Made by a program: the position numbers and the translations under genes
DNA from: Eledone cirrhosa
Taxonomy: Eukaryota
NCBI GenBank assembly: GCA_964016885.1
Contig: OZ024744.1
Coordinates: 22,878,001-22,942,000, forward strand
DNA length: 64,000 bases
Reading direction: 5' to 3'
Part shown: positions 24,085-36,731 of the stretch, piece after piece
How positions within the stretch are numbered: position 1 is the stretch's first letter
How the letters are laid out: every line of letters starts with the position of its first letter
Notes under the pieces: model-generated
The model's input: only the letters and a program-made list of their open reading frames with translations
Told to the model about the DNA's origin: nothing
Databases searched by the model: none

Positions 24085-24817
24085 TCTCACACACACACAC
24101 ACACACACACATACATGTATGTCTGTATATATGTATATTAGTGAGATATCGCGAGAGAAAGGAAGGCAGAGAGAAAGAGTGAGAGTCTGAGAGAGAGTCA
24201 AAGAAGAGAGAGAGGAAAAGAGATACAAACAAAAGGAGGAGAAATTAGTTACAGTTGTTGTTGCTGTAGGAGCTGACATATGATCTCTCTCTCTTCCTTT
24301 TTCTCTCACTCTCCTTCTCTTTCTCTCGCCTCTCTTTCTCTCCTCTCTCTCTATTCGTCTCTCTCACTCTCTTCTTTCTCTATCCTGTCTTTCTTTCCCC
24401 TTTCTCTATTCTCTCTTACTCTCGCCTTTCTCTTTCCTCTCTTGCTCTCCTCTTTATCTCCCCTCTCTTTTCCTCTTTCTCACTGCCTCTCTTACTTTCT
24501 TCTTTCTCTATCCTGTCTTTCTCTCCCCTTTCTCTCTCTTCTCTTCCGCCCCCCTCTCTCTCTCTCTCTCTCTCTCTGTCTTTCTTTCTTTTAAGCCATG
24601 ACCATAAGCCTTCCTTTCAACAATAACATCATCCCATCCATCCATGACAGCTGGGTGTAATTTGAAGGAAATGTGACGACTGCAACTTCTAATACGTTTG
24701 GTGAACATGTAGAGCAATGGAGACCAACCGGAGTTCCGAGAACCACTGGTGGCCCGAGAGAAAACTTCGGTTGTCTGCAGAAAATGTTGGACATTATTTG
24801 CAATTTTTATGTTTCAT

Positions 24818-25005
24818 TGGATTGGCAGTATCGGTAGAGGGTCGGACGCCATGCTTTGAAGCATAAAGTTACCTCCCTTTATGATCTGAGTTCAAATCCC
24901 GCGGAGGTTAACTTTGTCTTTCATTCTTACGGGGTCGATAAAATAAAGTACGAGTAATACACTGGGATAATTGCTGGTCTTGTGCCAAAAGTAGAAACAA
25001 TTATT
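24818..25005 (+). mobile_element. tRNA-derived SINE
   Basis: Match to 1038-1215. Confidence 0.85.
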
Positions 25006-25021
25006 AATAAAACATATATTA

Positions 25022-25235
25022 GCGTAGTGGATTGGCAGAATCGCTAGAGGATCGGACACCATGCTTTGCAGCATAGAGTTACGGCCCTTTGCGGTATGAG
25101 GTCAAATCCCGCCGAGATTAACTTTGCTTTTCATCCTTACAGAGTCGATAAAATAACGTACCACAACGTACTGGAGTCGACTTTCCCCTCCTCCAAAATT
25201 ACTGGCCTTGTGCCTATACTAGAAATCATTAATAA
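25022..25235 (+). mobile_element. tRNA-derived SINE (related subfamily)
   Basis: Match to the SINE consensus, with an extra ggagtcgac...cctccaaaatt segment. Confidence 0.8.
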
Positions 25236-25440
25236 TAAAACGAAAATAATATTCGGTTAAAATATATTTTATAACGCCCTAAAAAATGTTTCCCCTCGGT
25301 AAAGAACTAACATCCATTAAATATGTCACATATGTCACATATGTGTCATCTATCAACAATATGACACAAGTTCGCTTCAGTATTGTTTCGAGCATTGACC
25401 ACTAATTCATATAAGTGGTCCGCGAGATTTAAAATTATGA

Positions 25441-25881
25441 ATTTAGTGGTCAGTGAGGTGAGAAAGGTTGGTGACCTCTGACCTAGCCGTTTCCCTTTTG
25501 ACAATTTAGTGGTCGGTGAGGTGAGAAAGGTTGGTGACCTCTGACCTAGCCGTTTCCCTTTTGACAATTTAGTGGTCGGTGAGGTGAGAAAGGTTGGTGA
25601 CCTCTGACCTAGCCGTTTCCCTTTTGACAATTTAGTGGTCGGTGAGGTGAGAAAGGTTGGTGACCTCTGACCTAGCCGCCTCCCTTTTGACAATTTAGTG
25701 GTCGGTGAGGTGGGAAAGTTTGGTGACCTCTGACCTAGCCGCCTCCCTTTTGACAATTTAGTGGTCGGTGAGGTGGGAAAGTTTGGTGACCTCTGACCTA
25801 GCCGCCTCCCTTTTGACAATTTAGTGGTCGGTGGGATGGGAAAGTTTGGTGACCTCTGACCTAGCCGCCCCCCTTTTGACA
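25441..25881. repeat. 63-bp minisatellite, 7 copies, spanning a MITE terminus and flank
   Basis: Unit aatttagtggtcggtgaggtgagaaaggttggtgacctctgacctagccgtttcccttttgac; a 21-aa periodicity is visible in the ORF track. Confidence 0.92.
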
Positions 25882-26014
25882 ATCTCGAAACAAAGTTCGG
25901 GTTAATTCAGTTGTTAATGGTTGGAAGTTAATTCTTAATTTCCGGTAAAATTTATTAGTTTCTTCAGTTGAAGTATAGGTGGCGTTGAAGTATATGATTT
26001 GCGGTGTTGTTATA

Positions 26015-26112
26015 ACTCTTCTGAGGTCAAATTCTGCCGAGGTCAACTTTGTACTCCATCCATCCGAGGCCGATAAATATACGAATAGTACCAGTTAAAC
26101 TATTGGGGATGA
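26015..26112 (+). mobile_element. Old, degenerate SINE fragment
   Basis: ctgaggtcaaattctgccgaggtcaactttgtactccatcc...gataaat. Confidence 0.6.
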
Positions 26113-26917
26113 TTCTACCTCTATATTACTTTCTATCTCTCATTTGACTCTATCTCTCACTCTTCTCCCTTTCTTTGTCTGTCTCACGCTCTCTCTCCTC
26201 TCTCTTTCCCTCTCTCTCTCTCTTTATTACTTGTTACGTACCTACCTACCTACCTACCTACCGTCCTACCTACCCACCTACCTACCTACCTTCCTACCGT
26301 CCACCCTTCCTACCACCCATCTACCTACCATCCCACCGACCTACCTACCTTCCTACCGTCCTACCACCCCACCTATCTACCTTCCTACCGTCCACCCTTC
26401 CTACCATCCTACCACCCCACCTACCTTCTTACCCTCCCACCTACCTTCTTACTACCCTTCTTCCGTTCTTCCTCTCTCTCCCCCGCCCATCCAGCCATCT
26501 TCCCTTCCTCTATCAAAAAAAAAGGGGGGGGGGATAAGTCCTAGTCTCCCTCTCCTGCCCCTCAGTGCTAGACAATAAGGTTTACTGGAGAATTCCTCCC
26601 TCCCACCACTGCAGTGATTGTTGTCTAATGTGAAAGTCATGTAAACATTTGCACATTTAATGACAATTAGACGATTAATCGATTAATCGAACAGTTATCA
26701 ATCATACTCTTTATATATCTTTCTCTCTCTCTCTCTCTCTCTCCCTCTCTCTCTCTTTCCCCCCCTATTCTTCTCTTTCTCTTTCTCTTTTGTTACATTC
26801 TTCTTATTTCTTTCTCTCCCTTTCTCTCTTAATCCATGTTTTTATACCACACTGTCACTCTCTCTTACTCTCTTTTTGCCCCTATCTCACCAACAGTTTC
26901 TTTGCCCACCCATCTCT

Positions 26918-27000
<83 letters not shown>

Positions 27001-27004
<4 letters not shown>

Positions 27005-27123
27005 GTTTCTACTTTTGGCACAAGGCCAGCAATGACCCAGTGCATTACTGGTACTTTATTTTATCGACCCGTAAGGATGAAAGGCAAAGTTAACCTCAGC
27101 GGGATTTGAACTCAGAATGGCAA
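27001..27123 (-). mobile_element. 5'-truncated SINE in (TA)n
   Basis: Reverse complement of 10923-11044, with the same 5' start (ttgccattctgag). Confidence 0.85.
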
Positions 27124-27131
27124 ATATATAT

Positions 27132-27181
<50 letters not shown>

Positions 27182-27184
<3 letters not shown>

Positions 27185-27328
27185 AAAATGTTCAAGACCC
27201 CGACGGCAAACCTCAAGCCGTTTCGACATCTATTTCTGGACATCTATTTCTGTCCAGAAATAGGAAAAAATCGGATCTAACTGTTGAAACGGCCAGAGCT
27301 CAGCCGTCGAGGTCCTGAATTTGTTCAT
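27182..27328. mobile_element. Head-to-head Penelope-like termini carrying hammerhead 3' halves
   Basis: GAAACGGC-loop-GCCGTC on both strands, (TA)n on both flanks. Related pieces at ~17521-17600, 33680-33781 and 46631-46688. Confidence 0.5.
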
Positions 27329-27390
27329 ATATATACATATATATATCAGCTCTCTATCCATCTATCTGTCTATCTATCTATTTATATATC

Positions 27391-30300
27391 AACAACAGAA
27401 AAAACAGAGACAACACCCCTGAAGAACACAGCCCCACTCCATCCCACTCCATCAAACACTACCACAAACACACTCACCGAAATACCACCACCACACAACA
27501 TACCACTACCCCACACACCTGACGATGATTATTCATCGACGGATGAAGCTGCTTCTCCTTCTTTAATTGAAGAAGAGGGAGAGCCGCGGAAATCTAAAAA
27601 CAAAAAAAGAGACACCACAAAACCCCCAAAACTCCAATCACCAACACCAACACACAACCACAGACACAAACAACAATACAAACAACACCACAGTCAAACA
27701 TCCCCCTATCAGCAAAACCAACACCAACACCACCCCAAACACAAGCACCCACCATAAAAAGAAAACTCTCGGACGAACAACAAACTAAAACAACACAACA
27801 AAAACACAAACAACAATACGCATACATCAACACAAACAACAAGAATTTGATGGAGGTCATCTCCCAAAACCCCAAGGTGGAGACGGAGGGCAAAACTTTC
27901 GTCAAGGCAGAATCGTCTCCACACCTTAAACTTATAAGGGTTTCTATGGAGACCTATAGTGACCTAAAAAATAAATGTTCACAGGACGTGGGCAACCCCT
28001 GCCAGAAACCCATCAACCGCGTCCTGTTAAAATGTTTCCCCACCAACACCCCATCCAGCACACAACTGGAGATTGAACAACCCGATCTCCAGGAAATGAA
28101 AAGGTAAGTGCACCTTTCGTCCTTTTTCTCCAACTTTTCTACACCAACATGGCTAGTTTACGAGTTGGAACCGTGAATGTGCGCGGCCTAGGGATGCCCT
28201 GGAAACAGGGCCAACTTTTAAACGACCTTAGGTCACACAGGCTCCACAACAGGCAGCAACTAACCCCCATCTTCGACGACTTTGAGATCTACACATCTCT
28301 CTGTCAGCCAGGAGGTGGAGTGGCTGTCATGTTTCGGAAGAACCTGGACGTCGGAATACAGCAAGTACACTTGGACCCGGAGCGTAGACTGGTAGTCCTA
28401 GACGTGAACAGTATTGGAGGTGGAGCCTTCAGACTGGTGGCCGTTTATGCCCCGACCGGGCAATCACAATCACGGCCAAACTTCTTTAGGCGTCTAGAGT
28501 CTTTTCTGGGAACGTCTCGCTCCTTACTTTTAGTGGGGGACTGGAATGGTATCCTAGATGCACGATGGGACTATGTAGGAGCATGTCCCAGGAGAGCGGG
28601 GTGCAACAGCCTCAAAACTTTAATCGGCCAATTCCAACTGGCCAATAGGTATCGACTGGATTTCCCGACTGCACCACAGTGGACGTGGGCAAAGCGCAGT
28701 GGGACATCTAGATCGTATTTAGATAGGTTCTACATTAGAGAAAGGGACAAGGAGATGTTAAGCTGTCCACGAATGGACATGGTTGCCTATTCAGATCACA
28801 AGTTAGTCGTCTGCTTAGTCAACCTTGATAGAATACATAGACAGGGTCCCGGATACTGGAAGCTGAACGTGTCGTTGCCGGCACGTAAAGCTTACAGTGA
28901 ACGGATAAGTAGACTAGTCAAGCAACAGTTAACGGGAGCCATCGTCAACAATATATGGTGGTACTCTCTCAAGAAAGCAATAAGAATAGAATCGATAGGG
29001 TTTATCAGAGAGTTAGCCGTAGAGAAAAACAAAATAGAAAGAGAACTAGTAGCCAAGGTAGAGGAGGCACTTAGAAGTGGCAACGCGGCTAGAGTGTTAG
29101 CGTCGAGAACGGCACTGGACCAGTTCTTCGATGCGAAACACGAAGGCTGCGTGGTCAGAAGCAAAACACGTGCTCTAGGAAACGAAGGAGCGAAAGCTGT
29201 CAGCTGGGCCCGAGTGGTGGAGGCAAAAAGTGGCAACAAGTCCACGATTCGGTCTTTGAAAGACCAAAACGGACGCGTGCTACTTGACCCCAAGCAAATG
29301 TGCGCGGCCTTTCAGCGGCACTTTGCGCGACTGTTTGAGCAGAACGACGGTGAGCCGGACGGGGCAATGGACTTTAGTTCATACCTCGACGGCCTGCCGT
29401 GTCTCTCGAACACGGACGCCGAGTTCTGCGAAAAACCGATCACGGACATTGAGATACGGGACGCTCTGGGCCGCTGCGGGAAACGCAAGTCACCCGGTCT
29501 AGATGGTCTACCCTACGAATTTTACATAGGCATGCCGGATTTGTTCTCTGGCGTCCTCGAACCCGTCTACTGCAATTGGCAGCAGAACGGGAGAATTCCC
29601 AGTTATGCAGGCAAGGGCGTAGTAACGCTGATCAGGAAAGATGAGAACAGGGGGGACGAAATTAACAACTTCAGGCCCATAACTCTACTCAACACAGAGT
29701 TAAAGATTTAGGCCAAGGTGCTAGCGACAAGGTTGGCGCTAGTCGTCGAGACCCTGGTAGGGAAAGCGCAAACGTGTGCAATCCCGACCAGGTCCATACA
29801 CGACAACCTCCACCTCATGCGATACATCATAGAGAGGGTGGGTAGTAATCCCAGCTTCGGTGGGGCTCTGATCAACTTGGATCACTCTAAGGCATTCGAT
29901 AGGGTCGACCATCGATACTTGGAAGCGGTTCTCAAGGCGGCCGGTTTCAGTCCCGTGTTCAGAGGATGGATCGAGGCGATGCACACCAGCATCTGCTCGA
30001 GGGTCAAGGTGAACGGCTACCTATCGGAGCCGTTCGCAATCATGTGTTCCATTCGACAGGGGTGCCCTCTCTCCTCCATTCTGTATGTATTGACTCTAGA
30101 GCCACTACTGCGGAAATTGGAGCTGTTGCAGGGCATCCCTCTAGAACCGGGACTGCGCAAAGCGGCGTCGGCTTATGCCGACGAGATCACGGTAATGGTG
30201 TCGAGCACCTCGGAAATCGGGGTGATCGGCAACTTACTGAAAGAATACGAAACGCTGACGGGAGCAAAACTAAACCGGGACAAGTCTGTTGGTTTGCAAC

Positions 30301-31799
30301 TCGGTAAGTGGAGAGGAAAACCGATGACGTTCGATAGCGTCGTTGGACGCTGGACGGACGAACTAGTGAAATTGCTCGGGGTCTGGTTCGGTCCAGACCT
30401 CCAGGTGGAGAAAAACTGGAACGAGGTCACGGCTAAAGTGTTTGCACTCACCCAGAAGTGGGCAGAGTGCAAACTGACCTTGAAAGGTCGAGCAGGGGTG
30501 GCGAACACTTACATAGCGTCCGTCATCTACTACCGTTTGACTTTCATGCCTTGTCCCCGTGAACCCCTCGTCAAGATGGAACGCTTGCTTTTCCAGTTTC
30601 TGTGGAAGAAGCAGGCTCCGCTGGTGAGGAGATCCGTCTGCTGTCAGCACCCATCCAACGGATGGCTGGAAATGCCATGGCTGATGATGCGCAAACATGC
30701 GCTGAGGCTGCGGCATCTCCAGGAATTCCTCACCGACCCCCAACCGGTGTGGGCACCGTTTGTGAGACAGGCTTTCCCACAGCTCATCTCGCTGACGGAG
30801 CTGCAGTCCTGGGTGAAGAAATGACCGAAAACGATGGGCGCCTGGCACATTGAATGCGCTCAGGCGCTCACAGTCCTCTGGCAAGCGGGCGCAGCAATCA
30901 GTGGAGACTCTACTTCGACATTCTATAGAGGGATTGTACGTTACAAGGGCGACGACGTGGTCGGCGAGACTCTGGGCGTCGAAGACGATGAGCTCACCAG
31001 TCTGTTTGGTAGGACTTTCCGCCCGGGACCTATGGACAACTTCCAGAGGTCCCTGGCCTGGCAGTACTACCGAGGAGCTCTACCGTTTCGTGACAAGGTC
31101 TACAGGCACGGAATGCCCCGGTAGGGATCCTTCCAAGAGGACGTGTCCAAGATGCGCGCAGGAAATTGAAACAGTCCTGCACGCAATTGTACACTGCCCG
31201 GGCGTAACCGACCTGTGGAACTATTCAGAACTGTTGTTGCGTATGGGACAAATCCAGTTGACTGCCGAGTCCATAGTAAGGATCAAACCGCCAGCCTCTT
31301 TCAAAAACGAAAGAGAGGCGGTTTTCCTCTGTACGGTGGCTATGCTGAAAGAAGTTATATGCTGGACGAGGTTGAAAGGACTGAGGACAGATGCCTTTCT
31401 CTCCGGACAACAATTGATTCCCTTCTTTAAGTATCACTTTAGAAGGAGATTCAGAGTGGAGAGAACAGGCATTGCACCCCAGTAAATTTACTGAAAGGTG
31501 GGTGAATGAAGCGAAAATGACCCGAGTGTTTGGGCCTTCTCTGTATATAAGCCTGTAGGTTGAGGAAGAAAGCAAAAGGAAGAAAGGAGCACTTGCACAA
31601 CACGCTCTTGGAGTTGAGGGTTGTTTTATCGACGGGGTATTAAACAACCCATTTGTGGCGCCTCCCCCCCCCCCCTATTGGGGATTTCGATTGTTGTAAT
31701 TGTTTGTTTTTATATATTTTACACGACTGTATGTAAAATCCCCGGCATGTCTTTGTATTGTCCCCTTTTCTTGTGCGCCCTTGTGGCTAATAAAGAAAT
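27391..31799 (+). mobile_element. Near full-length, decayed Tx1-like LINE (divergent subfamily) flanked by (TATC)n
   Basis: ORF1 remnants at 27.4-28.1 kb. ORF2 from 28149 is broken by stops at ~29709, ~30822 and ~31122 and by frameshifts. tatc repeats at ~27355-27390 and ~31798-31816. Confidence 0.92.
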
Positions 31800-32401
31800 C
31801 TACCTATCTATCTATCTGCCATAGAACTAACTAAACCTCTCTGATGATTTAACTGTAATTTAGGAGAAGAATCCGTAAGATAAACTTCCAGGAATATTTA
31901 TCGCGCCCCTTCCTCCCCCTATCCACCATCCTCCCCATATCCCCCAATCCCCCCTACCCCCCCCCCCCTCACACATTATCAGGATAAGATATATTTTATT
32001 TTATTTATTTTTATTTTATTTAATTTATTTATTTATCTTCCTATTATTGTCTGTAACTGGCGGCAGTTCTGATGCACTTGTTTTAACGGATGGATGCTCT
32101 ACCAACCACAATTCATTGAACTGTAATGAGGAGGGGGAGGAGGAGGAGGCGGAAGAAGAAGAAGAAGAAGAAGAAGAAGAAGAAGAAGAAGACAAAAATA
32201 GAGAGGAAGAGGGGGAAATAGGAGAGGGTAGTAATGATTATGATGATGATGATGTGGAGGTTGAAGAGGCAAATGCGAAGAGGAAGCAGCAGTAAGATGA
32301 AGTAGGTAGACTATTCAAGTTCATCATGATCTAAAGGTCGGGAGTTTGTTTCCCGGCCGCACATTTTGTCCTTCAACAAGACACTTCACGTTGCTCTAGT
32401 C

Positions 32402-32718
32402 CAGTGATCTCCGACCATTTTTACACCACAGACCGGCGCTTCATGCCGGACAATCGTGGACCGGTAGCTAGACAAATATATTATTTAAGTATATTTCCAT
32501 AAAGAGAGCAATAATAAAAATAGCAATTTATTAAAGGGAAGAAAAAGTGTATTGAATAGATGAATATTTTAAGATTTAAACAAATCTTTTAAAATTAAAG
32601 TCCAATATTCAATTCATCTATTATATAGTTTTAAACAAGTTAATTATTACTCTGCAGCCTGGTAGCAAATGATCTACGGACCGTTTTTGGTCCGCGGCCC
32701 CATGGTTGGGGACTTCTG
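32402..32718. mobile_element. hAT/Charlie-type MITE
   Basis: TIR-like ends cagtgatctccgacca / tggttggggacttctg. Degenerate 8-bp TSD ctctagtc / ctgtattc. Confidence 0.7.
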
Positions 32719-32824
32719 CTGTATTCCCCTCAACTGGCAAAAAAAAAAAGATATTCTACCTATAATTCAAAGGTTCAACATTGTCCTATAGTTTCACGTT
32801 AAAACACATCGAGAACTACTTTAA

Positions 32825-33049
32825 CCTTTTGGCATTTAAACCGGCCATATCCGAACAGAATTCTCTGATCTCTTTCTGTTCAAAGCGGTTGTAACCAGCC
32901 ACTCATACTGATATTAAGGTATTCTTCTCAAAATAAAAATCATCAAAATTTCATAGATTCAATATTATGTGAAATAATTATACATATGAGGTAAAGGCTT
33001 TAGTGAGAAAAAACAATATTAACTATAGAGTAGTGTGAAGGCTAAAGAG
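32825..33049. mobile_element. piggyBac-type MITE
   Basis: TTAA at 32821-32824 and 33050-33053. Ends ccttttggc / gctaaagag form degenerate TIRs. Confidence 0.65.
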
Positions 33050-34571
33050 TTAAGAGTACACGGCATCTGTGTAATGTTCAGCCACTTAGATATTAAATAT
33101 CCGGGCTGGATGTTCCGGTTTTGGGAGAAGAGGAACATCTGCCACTGGAACCGCCATAGGTTTAGCAACCTGTGACATTTTATGTCATTTTGGTTGTTAT
33201 TTAGTCCGGCCAGACAGTTCTAATCGGGCAGATTCAGACCTTTGGTCAGACAGTATCAGTATTGATCACGAATACTATCAATCTTTCTAGGGTAGTACAA
33301 TACATGCAACACTCTAGGCCAACCTAGGGGTGTTCCCAAATGGTGAATAGGGGAGCGACTTGTCTACGTAGGAGTTAACGGCAAATATAGATATTCGTTG
33401 GACAATATATAGACTGTTTTGTAAACAATAACACTTAAGGGTCACCCACGTCAGGGTCACAGTTGAGACTACGTGGATGTGTTGCAGGGAGATGTGCAAT
33501 CTGGATAAAGAGAGAGCCATAATAACGGAAACTCTCCAGGCTCAAAGAAGAGGTTTACTAAGTGATAAAAAGTTTTACTGCTATAGATTTAGCAATCACA
33601 CACACACACACATATGCACACATACGCACACACACACACACTCGCCTCGCACGCACCCCCATATATATATATATATATATGAAAGAATCGGGACCTCGAC
33701 GGCTGAGCTCTTGCTATTTCAACAGCGAATTCGGAAATTGCTGTTGAAACGGCTCAGCCGGCTGGATCCCGACTCTTTCATATTATCACACTCTACAGCC
33801 CCAACTCTTTTATTCTTTTACCTGTTCCAGTCTGTGTTAGCTGGCCATTGGTGTAAGAGGGAGTTTGTTGCTGCTGCCTTTAGGTTACGTCCTCACCATG
33901 CAGATCTCTCAAATTTCTTGGCATCTTTTTTGAAGATTTGAGGGCCTTTAAACCCCAGGCTTTTACAATATCTGCTTTACCTTGACACCTTTCCATTCCC
34001 ATTCCTCAACCGACTCCACCACCCACATCAGATCCTACCAACCCACCCACCCACAACTTACTGTCACTCTTCCCCCTAACCTTCCACTGTCTTGTTCCGA
34101 GCGTTCACTCCTCAGTAGAGGTCTGCGTTTCATACATTCTCGCCTATTCCCAATTCCTCCGCCACCTGTGAAGACGAAACCATGATTTTAAGATTTAGTC
34201 TCATTACTTGGCCAGACTTTTCACTAGACATGGATACTCCTTATCCTGATCCAAGCTGCCCTCACCCGCGCTCGAGGCGTCATTCGCACCACTGCCTTTA
34301 CTCCACGCTACCCCACCCCTACCTACCGACTGCTCTCCCCTTTACCTACCACCCTTCTACCTTGCCCCTCCAGAAGACGGTCCTCTGCCTACAGTCTGAT
34401 CCCTCCCCCTCACCTGTATTTTCCTTAATCCCCCCAACACATCTGGATCCCACCCCAGTTCCTGACACCGCTGCCATACATGCAGATTTATCTCCAACAC
34501 CACCACCCGTTTCCGTCCCAATGACCAGTCATTTCTGTGTTAGGAACCGCTTCATCTGCACCTGCACAAAC

Positions 34572-36731
34572 CTTGTCTATGGACTCCATTGTAGTCTGTG
34601 TGGATCTATCTACTTGGGTGTTGTCTATGAACTCCATTGAGGTCTGTGCGGAGTTATCTACTTTGCTCTTGTCTTTGGACTCCATTGTAGTCAGTGCGGA
34701 GTTATCTACCTTGGTCTTGTCTTGGAACTCCATTGTAGTCTGTGCGGAGCTATCTACCTTGGTCTTGTCTATGGACTCCATTGTAGTCTGTGCGGAGTTA
34801 TCTACCTTGGTCTTCTCTATGGACTCCATTGTAGTCTGTGCGGAGTTATCTACATTGGTCTTGTCTATGGACTCCATTGTAGTCTGTGCGGATCTATCTA
34901 CCTAGATCTTGTCTATGGACTCCATTGTAGTCTGTGCGGATCTATCTACCTTGATCTTGTCTATGGACTCCATTGTAGTCAGTGCGGATCTATCTACCTT
35001 GATCTTGTCTATGGACTCCATTGTAGTCTGTGCGGATCTATCTACCTAGATCTTGTCTATGGACTCCATTGTAGTCTGTGCGGATCTATCTACCTTGATC
35101 TTGTCTATGGACTCCATTGTAGTCTGTGCGGATCTATCTACCTAGATCTTGTCTATGGACTCCATTGTAGTCTGTGCGGATCTATCTACCTTGATCTTGT
35201 CTATGGACTCCATTGTAGTCAGTGCGGAGTTATCTACCTTGGTCTTGTCTATGGACTCCATTGTAGTCTGTGCGGAGCTATCTACCTTGGTCTTGTCTAT
35301 GGACTCCATTGTAGTCTGTGCGGAGTTATCTACCTTGGTCTTCTCTATGGACTCCATTGTAGTCTGTGCGGATCTATCTACCTAGATCTTGTCTATGGAC
35401 TCCATTGTAGTCTGTGCGGATCTATCTACCTAGATCTTGTCTATGGACTCCATTGTAGTCTGTGCGGATCTATCTACCTTGATCTTGTCTATGGACTCCA
35501 TTGTAGTCTGTGCGGAGTTATCTACCTTGGTCTTGTCTATGGACTCCATTGTAGTCTGTGCGGAGCTATCTACCTTGCTCTTGTCTATGGACTCCATTGT
35601 AGTCTGTGCGGAGCTATCTACCTTGGTCTTGTCTATGGACTCCATTGTAGTCTGTGCGGAGTTATCTACCTTGGTCTTGTCTATGGACTCCATTGTAGTC
35701 TGTGCGGAGCTATCTACCTTGCTCTTGTCTATGGACTCCATTGTAGTCTGTGCGGAGCTATCTACCTTGGTCTTGTCTATGGACTCCATTGTAGTCTGTG
35801 CGGATCTATCTACCTTGGTCTTGTCTATGGACTCCATTGTAGTCTGTGCGGAGTTATCTACCTTGGTCTTGTCTATGGACTCCATTGTAGTCTGTGCGGA
35901 GCTATCTACCTTGGTCTTGTCTATGGACTCCATTGTAGTCTGTGCGGAGTTATCTACCTTGGTCTTGTCTATGGACTCCATTGTAGTCTGTGCGGAGCTA
36001 TCTACCTTGGTCTTGTCTATGGACTCCATTGTAGTCTGTGCGGATCTATCTACCTTGATCTTGTCTATGGACTCCATTGTAGTCTGTGCGGAGCTATCTA
36101 CCTTGGTCTTGTCTATGGACTCCATTGTAGTCTGTGCGGAGTTATCTACCTTGGTCTTGTCTATGGACTCCATTGTAGTCTGTGCGGAGCTATCTACCTT
36201 GGTCTTGTCTATGGACTCCATTGTAGTCTGTGCGGATCTATCTACCTTGATCTTGTCTATGGACTCCATTGTAGTCTGTGCGGAGCTATCTACCTTGGTC
36301 TTGTCTATGGACTCCATTGTAGTCTGTGCGGAGTTATCTACCTTGGTCTTGTCTATGGACTCCATTGTAGTCTGTGCGGAGCTATCTACCTTGGTCTTGT
36401 CTATGGACTCCATTGTAGTCTGTGCGGATCTATCTACCTTGATCTTGTCTATGGACTCCATTGTAGTCTGTGCGGATCTATCTACCTTGATCTTGTCTAT
36501 GGACTCCATTGTAGTCTGTGCGGATCTATCTACCTTGATCTTGTCTATGGACTCCATTGTAGTCTGTGCGGAGCTATCTACCTTGGTCTTGTCTATGGAC
36601 TCCATTGTAGTCTGTGCGGATCTATCTACCTTGATCTTGTCTATGGACTCCATTGTAGTCTGTGCGGAGCTATCTACCTTGGTCTTGTCTATGGACTCCA
36701 TTGTAGTCTGTGCGGAGCTATCTACCTTGGT
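34572..36731 (+). repeat. 48-bp minisatellite, 45 units, encoding (LVYGLHCSLCG[SVA]IYL[GDA])n
   Basis: 2160 bp = 45 x 48. ORF 34722-36761 is open through the array. One TGA in unit 2 (34638-34640). Confidence 0.95.

Larger units (their letters stand above)
24714..25480. mobile_element. Putative hAT/Charlie-like MITE carrying two SINE insertions
   Basis: Left end caatggagaccaacc and right end ggttggtgacctctg resemble Charlie TIRs, with gaccactggtgg / gtggtccgcg subterminal motifs. The TSD is poor. Confidence 0.4.
32325..33170 (+). mobile_element. Degenerate CORE-like tRNA SINE interrupted by two MITEs
   Basis: ggtcgggagtttgtttcccgg...tgtccttcaacaagacactt...gttgctctagtc, resuming as ctcaactggcaaaaa...gagaactac and again as gagtacac...cagccactt after each insertion. 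Confidence 0.5.

Noticed and set aside
25346-25882. 178-aa SPTTK-repeat ORF resembling a basic DNA-binding protein
   Set aside because: Open only because the 63-bp unit is a multiple of three. The unit derives from a MITE end, and there is no gene structure.
31838-31900. CTGATGA as another hammerhead
   Set aside because: No correctly placed GAAA and no pairing stems found.
32047-32295. Acidic Glu-rich ORF
   Set aside because: (GAA)n/(GAG)n/(GAT)n low-complexity tract with no splice or homology support.
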